Assembly (NCBI RefSeq): GCF_001194135.2
Contig: NC_068998.1
Location: forward strand, 50,941,288 to 51,005,287
Length of the DNA: 64,000 nucleotides
Direction of reading: 5' to 3'
Source of the DNA: Octopus bimaculoides
Taxonomy: Eukaryota
Below, one piece after another: positions 13,071-23,766 of this stretch. The first letter of the stretch is position 1; every line of letters starts with the position of its first letter. Below the pieces are notes generated by a model. The model did no database searches. It had not been told where the DNA came from and saw only the letters and a list, made by a program, of their open reading frames with translations. The translations under genes were made by a program, and so were the position numbers.

Positions 13071-13654
13071 AATATATAGTTTTAGGGAAAAGAACCAAGT
13101 TTCATGAACTCATCGATGAAAATCCACTGTCACATATAGAAAAATTAATAATTAAAAGCACAATAAATGAGTATAATATAATACAAAGTAAATATCATAA
13201 GATAAAGATAATATATCATATATATATATGTACTGCATTCATCTATGTATTGTATGTATTATTACGTAAGTTTTGCAGACGTTCCCCTATGATATGGCGG
13301 TATCCTAGCAACAGAGCTCGGGCTGCCTGTGTTTGTATCTGAGAAGCATTTTGCTTTTTATCTATGGTTAAACACTGCAATAAATATTGTCTCACTCGTG
13401 TCAATTTGATTAATTATTTGTTTGCAAACAACGAAAAGAAGCGACTAGAACAAGTCTGATAAACCTTTTTTACGAATGCCTAGAATGATTTTATAATCTG
13501 TTAGCAGCTTATTTCGCTGGACGAGCGTTTGAGTCTAAACAAAAACTAAATCAGGGTTTAATGAAAGGAAACTTGTGAAAGCGTGTGTCCGAAACAATTA
13601 ATTTAAAATAAACAGAACTCTGACTCACTTATGTAATATATTGTGCTGAAGTGA

Positions 13655-13922
13655 CGGTGGTAAGGTTGTGAGTTCGATACCCAGCGTCACGTTATCTTCT
13701 TGAGCAAGACACTTTATTTCACATTGCTCCAGTTCACTCAGTTGGTGAGAATGAGTTATGCCTGTGTTTCAAAGGGGTCAGCCTTGCCAGATTTCTTGCC
13801 AGATTACGCTGAATCTCCTTGAGAACTACGTTAAGGGTACGTGTGTGTCTGCGGAGTGCTCAGCCACAGGCCGTGCTGTTGATCGGATCAACTGGAACGC
13901 TGGTCGTCGTAACCGACGGAAT
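13655..13922 (+). mobile_element. SINE family C
   Basis: B box gtgagttcgataccc, then tcttgagcaagacactttatttcacattgctccagt and gagaactacgttaagggtacg; paralogous to 53685-53962. Confidence 0.85.
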
Positions 13923-14230
13923 ATCAGTTTATAATGTGATGAAAATCTGGGATCAACTGATACCATTTATACAAATAGACAAAAACTACCTTTAAGGAGT
14001 TCCAAATTTGAAATCAGTAAAGGGTAGAGTGAAGTAAATTATAGAGTGGTAATGGCATTAATTCCTCAGTGTTTCACCAAATGGTTACGTATCATAATAA
14101 GCTAGAGAGATGAACGAGACAACCAAAATATGCACGTATAGTTCTGCAGACGACTAAAATAGGAACATGTCCTTTAAAAGCACATTTTGGAATTGTTTGC
14201 TTTCTGTTATGTGCAACGCAAACATGCACC

Positions 14231-14234
<4 letters not shown>

Positions 14235-14320
<86 letters not shown>

Positions 14321-14457
14321 NNNNNNNNNNNNNNNNNNNNNNNNNNNNNNNNNNNNNNNNNNNNNNNNNNNNNNNNNNNNNNNNNNNNNNNNNNNNNNNN
14401 NNNNNNNNNNNNNNNNNNNNNNNNNNNNNNNNNNNNNNNNNNNNNNNNNNNNNNNNN

Positions 14458-14505
<48 letters not shown>
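14235..14505. repeat. (AG)n microsatellite spanning a gap
   Basis: Direct reading. Confidence 0.95.
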
Positions 14506-14509
<4 letters not shown>

Positions 14510-14589
14510 GAGATAATATGGTTTCGGGTTCAATCCCACAGTGCGCCATCTTGGGCAAATATCTTTTACACTAGAACCAGTACGGCCTC

Positions 14590-14690
14590 GTTTTCCAGTA
14601 ATTTCGCAGACACACAGACAAACAGACGAAGACGAGCGACTACGATACCTTGCTTTCGCTTCCGCACGCAAGGTAATAAAATAAATAAAC
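14590..14690 (+). mobile_element. Possible 3' end of a Helentron/DINE-like element
   Basis: acagacaaacagac microsatellite, then the short inverted repeat ccttgc...gcaagg followed by taataa; follows a SINE B head remnant at about 14515-14575. Confidence 0.3.
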
Positions 14691-15167
14691 AAACAAATGA
14701 ATAAATAAATGAATAGGTAAATAAGTAAATAATGGAATGCAGAGGCTATATCCTGTGGTATATATCACATGGTGGAGTGTAATGAAACAAAATTCTTCTG
14801 GTGGTCAGATGAAAGAGATGGGAAACAAATTACCTGTCTTCGATACAAATTAAAACACATGGTCGACAGGAATGATTCAAAGAAGTCTGAATGAGAAATG
14901 TCAGAATGACTTTGAAATATGGACATAATTTAAACAAGAAACAAATTTTTTGTCTTGGAGAAAACATGGAATAATATCGTAAATCTTTCAACGCGCTTCG
15001 GTAATTTGGAAGGTCGTTGTTTTATATCAAGAATCTTTATCTCTCTCTCTCCCTCCACCCTCTCTCACACATTCTCTCTCCCTCTCTTTCCCCCCTCTCT
15101 CTCTTTCTATATATGTGTGTGTGTATATGTATGCATGTATGTATGTATATATGTATATATATATATG

Positions 15168-15235
<68 letters not shown>

Positions 15236-15378
15236 TATATGCATATGTAAATTTTTCTAAAACAGACTATTCCTGTCCATCCGCTTCTACATCCAAATGT
15301 CAATTTATGTATGTGTATATATACAAATATGCATATATAAATTCATGCATACATCCGTGTATATATATATACAACAGT

Positions 15379-15503
15379 GCTTGGAAGGAAAGTGTATAGC
15401 ATGCGATCGTCGTATTGACCGTGACCGAGACAGTTGAGCAGAGACTCTGCATCAAATTTTGCCAAAAGCTTGGTGATACCTGCTCAGAGGTTTACGCAAA
15501 GTT
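15379..15503 (+). mobile_element. Inverted copy of the mariner 5' UTR and first codons
   Basis: gcttggaagg...tacgcaaagtt is the diverged reverse complement of 15876-16002; translates VEQRLCIKFCQKLGDTCSEVYAK. Confidence 0.85.
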
Positions 15504-16143
15504 TTCAAATAGTTTTCATCGTTCTCGACACAATCAAGAAGATCTTGTGCAACTGAAACCCGTGTGCCTTCTTGGTCGACCGAAAGCAGTTTTGGCACAA
15601 ACTTGGCAAACACGCGTCTCATACCCAAATCTTCTGTGATAATGGACTGAACTGAACCGTAACTAATCTGCACATCCTCTGATAAGTCATGGATGGTGAT
15701 TCGACGATTTCCCCTCACAGCTGCATGCACATCTGTGATGTTTTTCTCAGTTCTGCTGGTTGTGAGTCTCCCAGAACGTTCTTGAATATCGACATTTTTT
15801 CGGCCATCTTGGCAACGTCTGAAACGCTCGTACACTTGTGTGCGGCTCGCACACTCTTCTCCATACACTTTCTACAACTTTGCGTAGGCCTCTGAGCAGG
15901 TATTGCCAAGCTTTTTGGCAAAATTTGGCGTAGATTCTCTGCTCAACTTTTTCTGTCATCGTCAATGCGACGATCGCACGCTACAACAACTTCCTTCCAA
16001 GCTGCAAACAGCGGAAGTGAGCTAGAACGCTAAAACTTGGTGCACAGCAGAGTTCCAGGTCAATCTTTGACCAGCAGCTTTACTCTGCATGCTTTAACTT
16101 CGTTACTATGGCAACAGTCTGGATACTTATTGATCCGACCTCG
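15504..16143 (-). mobile_element. Mariner element, 5' portion with TIR and truncated transposase
   Basis: Reverse strand TA+cgaggtcggatcaataagtatccagac (TIR-like, ends at 16143). Frameshifted ORFs EQRIYAKFCQK and MYGEECASRTQVYERFRR...ERSGR...ISYGSVQSIITEDLGMRRVFAKFVPKLL carry mariner HTH1, HTH2 and a WVP-like linker. Confidence 0.9.
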
Positions 16144-16617
16144 TATATCACTGAAAGAAGTGCAAACGCTTCGGTTACTTTATTCCGTGTTGGTTTTCGC
16201 TTAACGGAAGAAACATCAGCACCTTCTGTCAGAGTGTGAACATTTACCAAGATTCGCGATGATTTTGAAACAGTTGTCCTATTGTTTAAATTAGATACAA
16301 CGCTACATGTTAAGTTCAAATGAATAGTTTACTCTTTGTTTATCTCATTTTTATTTAAGCATTTACTTTATTCTGTGTTTCGAGTCGGCTGTCTCTGCAA
16401 TCTACGAATGATCAATAAACAACCTGTGCTGTTACATAAATTTCTGTTATCTCTTCTATTATTCTTAGCATGATGAGAGCTTCATCCTAAATGTAGCAAG
16501 CTGCAGGTCACTGAATGACCCACTCTTGCAGCTGGCCTCCAAGTGAAACTCCGTTTGTTTCTCAGCGATGACGATGATGAAGATGATGCTGATGACGACG
16601 TAACTATGTAACAGTCA

Positions 16618-16795
16618 TTGCTTAGCTCCAAGTCAGCCCAAACCAAGCAGACACATGAACAAAGGCGTTCCATCCGTAACCACTTCATGTTTTGGGTTAG
16701 CACATAACTCAACGTATTCCCTCTCTCTTTAGGACAATGGGATGTGGTTTGAAGTAGATTTCGCTGCTGTTTCAAGCAGCTCGAGTGATCACATT
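16618..16795 (+). repeat. Dispersed repeat family E
   Basis: ccaagtcagcccaaaccaagcagacacatgaacaaaggcgttccatccgtaacc...gctgctgtttcaagcagctcgagtgatc. Confidence 0.7.
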
Positions 16796-16804
16796 CAAAC
16801 TAAC

Positions 16805-17000
16805 TTCCTTTCTACTATAGGCACAAGGCTAGGGGGATAGTCGATTTCATCGACCCCAGTAGGTAACTGGTACTTATTTCAACGACCCCGAAAGGATAAA
16901 AGGCAAAGTCGACCTCGGCGGAATTTGAACTCAGAACGTAGCGACGGGCGAAATACCGTTTTTCGTCCAGTGTGCTAACCGTTCTGCCAGCTCACCGCCT
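16805..17000 (-). mobile_element. SINE family A (A1 tail)
   Basis: Reverse complement of the family A consensus. Confidence 0.9.
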
Positions 17001-17450
17001 TTTCAAACTAACTTCGCTGGTACAAGCAGTTCACATATGTGGACCCTGCCACCATTTTAGCAGATTATCGTTTATTCCCCCCACCCACCCCACACACACC
17101 CTGCTACCTTTGACCTTGTTCTGTGTAGTGTACGAAGGTCACTTCACATCGCTTTCACACAGAATTAAAGACGTGCTTGTAGTCAAATCTCACGTCGATA
17201 TGTTTGTTCAAATATCATATTTACATTTAGTGGTGATGCGATTAAGATTGACTTTCAGACCAGACCTGACACCTGACACCATCTAACGGCTACCAAGCAG
17301 CGACTCAGGTTCGTATCCATTAGTGAATATAAAACTACAAAGAAGTTGGATTCTGCTCACGTCTGTACATAGTACAAGTACAGAAGTGAGGAAAACGTAT
17401 TTTATTAAAATTTTTTCTGTGTTTTTGTTTTTTAATATTTGAAAGCATTA

Positions 17451-17614
17451 AGGCGGCGAGCTGGCAGAAACGTTAACACGCCGGGTGAAATGCTTAGCGG
17501 TATTTCATCTGCCGTTACGTTCTGAGTTAATTACCAGCTGCATACTGGGTCGATCTAATCGACTGGCCCCTCTCCCCCAAAATTTCAGGCCTTGTGCCTA
17601 GAGTAGAAAAGAAT
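17451..17614 (+). mobile_element. SINE family A, internally deleted
   Basis: aggcggcgagctggcagaaacgttaac head and gccttgtgcctagagtagaaaag tail; central block missing. Confidence 0.9.
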
Positions 17615-17630
17615 ATTTTGAAAGCTTTTA

Positions 17631-17712
17631 AGGTGGCGGTGAGCTGGCAAAACGCTTAAGTGACATCTTGTCTGTCTTTACGTTCTGAGTTCAAATTCCG
17701 CTGAGGCCGACT
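17631..17712 (+). mobile_element. SINE family A, head only
   Basis: gtgagctggcaaaacg...gagttcaaattccgctgaggccgac, then breaks into a 23-bp tandem repeat. Confidence 0.8.
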
Positions 17713-18375
17713 TGACGCCTGTGGCACTACCGACTTCACGCTTGTGGCACTACCGACTTGACGCATGTCGTGCCACAAGCAGTGCGCATATTGTACATTT
17801 GTGAAACATCGTGAAGTCGGTCATAAAATCTACATCTCTCCAAATCCCTTCTTCGAATTTTGAGAAATGAATCTTTGATTGATGTACGTGAAGCNNNNNN
17901 NNNNNNNNNNNNNNNNNNNNNNNNNNNNNNNNNNNNNNNNNNNNNNNNNNNNNNNNNNNNNNNNNNNNNNNNNNNNNNNNNNNNNNNNNNNNNNNNNNNN
18001 NNNNNNNNNNNNNNNNNNNNNNNNNNNNNNNNNNNNNNNNNNNNNNNNNNNNNNNNNNNNNNNNNNNNNNNNNNNNNNNNNNNNNNNNNNNNNNNNNNNN
18101 NNNNNNNNNNNNNNNNNNNNNNNNNNNNNNNNNNNNNNNNNNNNNNNNNNNNNNNNNNNNNNNNNNNNNNNNNNNNNNNNNNNNNNNNNNNNNNNNNNNN
18201 NNNNNNNNNNNNNNNNNNNNNNNNNNNNNNNNNNNNNNNNNNNNNNNNNNNNNNNNNNNNNNNNNNNNNNNNNNNNNNNNNNNNNNNNNNNNNNNNNNNN
18301 NNNNNNNNNNNNNNNNNNNNNNNNNNNNNNNNNNNNNNNNNNGGGGAAGGGGAAGAAGGAAAACAAAAATTGTAG

Positions 18376-18421
<46 letters not shown>

Positions 18422-18709
18422 AAGAGACAGAAAGAGAGAGAGAGAGAGATAATATGTGTGTATGTGCGTGTGTGTGAGAGAGGGAGTGGGAAAGGCTTAC
18501 TGATTGTGTNNNNNNNNNNGAGAGAGAGAGAGAGATGGAGTGGATGAGAGATGGGTGAGAAGGAGAGCAGTGAAGAAGAGGGAAAAGTAGGATAGAGAAA
18601 GAGAGAGAGGGTGAGAGAGAGAGTAAGAGAAAATGAGGAGAGAGGGGATGATGTGAGAGAGAAAATAGAGTGAAGTGGGGAAGGGGAAGAAGGAAAACAA
18701 AAATTGTAG

Positions 18710-18755
<46 letters not shown>

Positions 18756-18944
18756 AAGAGACAGAAAGAGAGAGAGAGAGAGATAATATGTGTGTATGTG
18801 CGTGTGTGTGAGAGAGGGAGTGGGAAAGGCTTACTGATTGTGTGATTGTATATATGTGTATGTGTGTGAGAGAAAGAAAGAGAGAGAGAGAGTGGGCGTG
18901 TGTGAGAGATAGAGATTATGTGTATATGCATGTGTGTGTAGGTG

Positions 18945-18982
<38 letters not shown>

Positions 18983-19149
18983 AGTATGGAAGTGGGGTTT
19001 ACTTGCTCCCGTCACATTCGGTTAATTATAAGATTAAACAATAATTAGTTGTAGTTGATCTATTATGATTAATTATTCGTCCTCTTAGTAGAATCGTATC
19101 GCACCATCGTCAAGTTATTTAGGATGCGATATTACAACATCGATTGAGT

Positions 19150-19460
19150 CTCTTGTGAAGATCATGCCGGTGCCTCTCTTTGGCCGGGAAGGTCAGGAAG
19201 TGTCCATCTGTTTGATGGTGGCCTTAGCGAAAGACTGGCGGGCCAGATTAAAAAGGCTGAAGGCAAACAGCTTCCTCTCTGGTGAAGCTTTCCATCAACT
19301 TTTGTTTTTAAAGTTCCACTCGAAAAGGAAAGTGTGAGTGGAGTGCGAAGCACTTCCTTCCCTTAAATTCGTCGAAAGGTGGGGTGAATGTGGTAAGGAT
19401 GATCCGAGTGAAAGGGGCCCTGCTCTACGCATGCCTCTATAGATTGCAGGAAGATGAGGA
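19150..19460 (+). mobile_element. Tx1-like LINE, degenerate ORF2 C-terminus
   Basis: LVKIMPVPLFGREGQEVSICLMVALAKD.RARLKRL...FLSGEAF...KFHSKRKV*.E...KFVERW/VNVVRMIRVKG; paralogous to 1280-1600. Confidence 0.55.
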
Positions 19461-20790
19461 TGAGAGAGACGGAGTTAAGCTAATACATCTGTTTGTTGCT
19501 CGGGAAGTGAGAAAGTCTTTTACGTTTCGAGCCTACGCTCTTCAACAGAAAGGAACACAGAAATAAACAGGGAGGGAAAATGAAAAGAAGGTTTAGTGGC
19601 TAGCGATCTATCATAGCGATTATATAAAAACCAATAAGCATATATAAATTTGCATATATGTATGTATACATTTATAGGTATGTATATATATATAGATATA
19701 TATATATATAGATATATATATATAGACATATACGTACGCACACTTTTCGACAAGTTACAATCAATTGACTTTAGCCATACTTGGTCAAATAAATAGATGT
19801 TTTGTTGTCATACTGTAGTCTTATATTAATCTCATTGCAATAAGGTCATTTGCTCACAATCTAAAATTATCTCGAGCTGTCTCACAGAGATAAGGTCATT
19901 TGTTCTCATTCTCATTATTTTATGTCTACACCCTACCCAGAGGATATTTTCGAACGGCACATACCTGTAATGCACAGCTAGTTTCCATTGTATTTATAAC
20001 ACACATCAAGGAAACAAAGAAAAAGAAAGAAAAACGAAAGAGAGGTGGGAATTAAACAACAGAAGATTGTCGGAGAAGGAAGTAACGGATTGTACACCCC
20101 AGAACAAAAGGCGTGTTTAACTGCGTCTCGCGGACATGATTGCAAAGGCGTTGCCGGAGAAGGGCTTGTGACACTCGCTGCAATAGTTACCCCACCTCGT
20201 GGGGTTCGTTTCTAAGACGGGTCACAGTCATGCGTGAGGTCCCGACGGCGATCGGCACAAACTGATAACGGCCGGTCAGGCTCCTGTGTTTGCATATCTT
20301 TCTCTCCTCTCCGTTACGAGTGAATATCCCAGTTTGCAGCCGATGCAGCAAGATAGGATTCATAATATACGCGGAATTTAGGTTGACCTTGTTGGGTAGG
20401 GGAGAGATTTTTTTCTGTCTAAGCAACCCATAAAACGTCTATCTATTTTTCTTTGAAATTCATTAGAGGAATTTGTTTACACTCAGTGTTTTTTTTGTTT
20501 TTTTTCTTCTTTTCGGTTTTGCTTCTTTAGAAAGTATTAATTTACGCTGAAAAAATTCTTATTTGAACCTTCTAAAAAAGGTTAGCTCAGCAATTAGTAA
20601 ACTATATTCTTTACAATGTTTTGTTTCTTTATTTTTTAGGTTAAAATTTTTTTCTATAGGGATCTAGTAAAACGTTCGTATACTTAGACGAGACCGTCGA
20701 CATTTCTGACTCGCAAATAACTTCTTAATGACCCGGCTGTAAATAACTCACTCTAATTTCTGTCTCCTCCTTCTACTTTGGTTGTTGTTA

Positions 20791-20826
<36 letters not shown>

Positions 20827-21329
20827 TTGTTGCTGCTGATGCTGCTGTTGTTGTTAAAAATACTAACGGAGGTTGACTGTTTAGAAGATTGAAAGCAATG
20901 GTTCTCCAACATTCTGTACGCTTGGTAACGATACAGGAACTATTTAATAAGCCGGCAAAGTTAGCTTTATTTGGTTTATCTCTTCCATGCAGTATTGCAT
21001 GAGACGGTATTGTGAATTAACAATGATACTTGTCTGTACCCCAGACACCGACAACAGGCGCAAACGTTTTTGCAAGTAACTTGACCTACTTCGTTAACGC
21101 TGTGTGCAGGAGAGATATGTATGAGATGTCTTTGACAGTGACTTTTCTTATCAGCACCATTCCTCTGGAGTTCTCAGAACTAGGATTATTCCCAGTCAGT
21201 CGCCAATAATAATGAGCTTCAGCAAAGATCATAGCGGTTAAATCTGAAATGTATATGTCAAGTTCTAGGGTAGCGATTTGGTTTGTGTACATATACTCAC
21301 CACAAACTCCGTACGTATTTCAACTAATG

Positions 21330-21426
<97 letters not shown>

Positions 21427-21429
21427 TAA

Positions 21430-21707
21430 ATGACATCAGTACCAGACAGGTACTTAATTTATCAACCTCGAAAGAATGAAATAAATAAGACCTTGGCAAG
21501 ACGGGTCGAAAGTTGTTTACTGTGCCAAGCCATGCCATGGGTCCTTAACTCGTTCACGAAGTCTTGGTCATTTTAGACCTGTTGAAGGTCAAACATTTCT
21601 GGGTCTGACTGTAGTGGATGTCTTCGAAACGGGGAGAAAATCAGATAAACCGGAAGAAAGATAAAGTTAGAGAAATAGAAGAATTGACCCCAACACAAGA
21701 CAGGTAC
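21430..21707. repeat. Arm 1 of a 278-bp perfect inverted duplication
   Basis: Reverse complement of 23489-23766; the ORF track shows identical peptides on opposite strands. Confidence 0.95.
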
Positions 21708-21835
21708 TTCATTAATCGATCTCGAAAGGATGAAGGGCAAAGATGGCCTTGATGGGATTTGAACCCAATGCAAAGAGAGAGCCGGTACGACAGCCGAAAA
21801 GCAATTAATCGAAAGCTCCAACAACTCTGCCAGTT
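21683..21835 (-). mobile_element. SINE family A, degenerate
   Basis: caggtacttcattaatcgatctcgaaaggatgaagggcaaag...tttgaaccc...actctgccag. A second remnant lies at about 21438-21520. Confidence 0.7.
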
Positions 21836-22331
21836 TACTTCACACAAAGTTGTTTGCCACAGAATTTAAAATAAACAGAGGTAATTAATTTTTCTTTCAG
21901 ACGTTTGTCAAGATTCTCTTCTCTCCCGTGGCATCGAAATTCTGCTAGGGCTTCACTTGTTAACAGATTAGTCTTGTAAACTTCATAGCGTTGGCAATTA
22001 AAGCAATTGCCATTTTATCTTGAATCATCTTTGGCAAGAACTTCTTATATTAACCTAAAAGTTAGGAGTTGGTTTTACTGAGTTTATTTGTGTCTGATCA
22101 TCCGTGAGTGTGTGTGGTGAGTCTGTATGTGTGAAAGTGAGCTGTTTGATATACACGTGTGCGTGTGTGTGAGCATATGTGTAAGTGTTTTGGTGTATGT
22201 GTGTGTCTGTGTCTTTGGTTTGTTCTATGTTTGGTGAATGTATGTGTATACGAGTCTATGAGTCTAACATATTTTGGAGAGATCGTGGTTTGTTTATGTA
22301 TGAGAAAGCGAGATTTAATAAATGTATATAT

Positions 22332-22485
22332 GCAGGCGTGGCTGTGCGGTAAGAAGCTTGCTTCCCAACCACATGGTTCCGGGTTCAGTCCCACTGCATA
22401 GTACCTTGGGCAAGTGTCTTCTACTATAGCTTCAGCCTCAGGGCAATCCAAGTCCTGTGAGTGAACTTGGAAGATGGAAACTAAA
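22332..22485 (+). mobile_element. SINE family B, 5' half
   Basis: gcaggcgtggctgtgcggtaag (A box), gggttcagtccc (B box), ccttgggcaagtgtctt (CORE-like motif). Confidence 0.9.
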
Positions 22486-22825
22486 ACAAAGGTTCTAAGA
22501 CTCGATCCTAGAACCTCTGCCGAATAAATACGAACCCAGAATTATGACCAGATAAGTTTTCTGTCTTTCCAACCTCGCTCATACCTTTCTATTTATGCGC
22601 TGATTCATAACACCTTATTTAGTGCTTTCACTAGTTTGTTTCTTTCATTACGATGTCATCAAATTCATTCAGTTATTCAAGTTATTCAAGTTTATCACAC
22701 ACAAGTCACCTATTTCTATAATTCTGTCTTAGATTAGCTGACCGAAAATTCTTAGAGTTTTCAATTCTATATTACTATCATGAACATTTGCTGTCTCGTT
22801 CACCATGCTACACAAATCCTAAAAG

Positions 22826-22871
<46 letters not shown>

Positions 22872-23126
22872 CTTCGTGTTCCGGCCATTAACCCTAACCC
22901 TCTCTGCCTTACTCTGTCTCTCTCGATCTCGCTCTCTCTCTCTCCTTCTCCCTCTTTCGATTACCTCTCGCTTCGCCAGGACTATAAACTAACGCACGCA
23001 CCCCAATTTCCCCCACTCGATCTTAATACCTTTGCATCACTATGCCCGTGGTGCACCCGCTCCGCCAGTACCGGAAGTTCCTATCCTCTCCGCCAGTACC
23101 GGAAGTTCCTATCCTCTCCACCTGTA

Positions 23127-23345
23127 CCCGTCATATATATGTGTGTGTTTGTGTGTCTTGTGTCTGTGTTTGTCCCCCCCCACACACACGATCGCTTGAC
23201 AACCGATGTTGCTGTGTTTACGACCCCGTAACTTAGCGGTTCGGCAAAATACACTGATAGAATAAGTACTAGGCTTACAAAGAATAGGTCTTGGTGTCGA
23301 TTTGTTCGACTAAAACCATTTAAACCTGTGCTCCAGCATGGCCGC
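23127..23345 (+). mobile_element. SINE family B, 3' half
   Basis: cccgtcatatatatgtgtg...cgcttgacaaccgatg...gctccagcatggccgc resumes the consensus about where 22485 stops. Confidence 0.9.
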
Positions 23346-23379
<34 letters not shown>

Positions 23380-23488
23380 TATATATCTATGTGCGTATTT
23401 ATGTATGTATGTGTATGTGTATGTATGTATGTGTGTATGTATGTATGTGTGTGTGTATGTATGTATGTATTTATGTATGTGTTGTGTT

Positions 23489-23766
23489 GTACCTGTCTTG
23501 TGTTGGGGTCAATTCTTCTATTTCTCTAACTTTATCTTTCTTCCGGTTTATCTGATTTTCTCCCCGTTTCGAAGACATCCACTACAGTCAGACCCAGAAA
23601 TGTTTGACCTTCAACAGGTCTAAAATGACCAAGACTTCGTGAACGAGTTAAGGACCCATGGCATGGCTTGGCACAGTAAACAACTTTCGACCCGTCTTGC
23701 CAAGGTCTTATTTATTTCATTCTTTCGAGGTTGATAAATTAAGTACCTGTCTGGTACTGATGTCAT
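23489..23766. repeat. Arm 2 of the 278-bp inverted duplication
   Basis: Exact reverse complement of 21430-21707, flanked on both sides by (TATG/TG)n. Confidence 0.95.

Noticed and set aside
17707-17780. Short repeats as a CRISPR-like array
   Set aside because: Units are contiguous with no unique spacers, the context is eukaryotic, and there are no cas genes.
18343-18843. Exact 167-bp direct duplication (18343-18509 and 18677-18843)
   Set aside because: The first copy is a tiny contig bounded by N gaps on both sides, the typical signature of a redundant contig; treated as an assembly artefact.
20780-20856. CAG/CAA tract on the minus strand as a polyQ exon
   Set aside because: All three minus-strand frames reach a stop within about 15 codons after the tract, and no splice sites bound it.
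21301-21323. 23-nt minus-strand micro-exon (cattAG ... gtgGTGAGT) after (CT)n
   Set aside because: The pyrimidine tract is a microsatellite, the length is not a multiple of 3, and such matches are expected by chance; needs junction reads.
22889-22901. Interstitial telomere
   Set aside because: Only two TAACCC units; too short to call.
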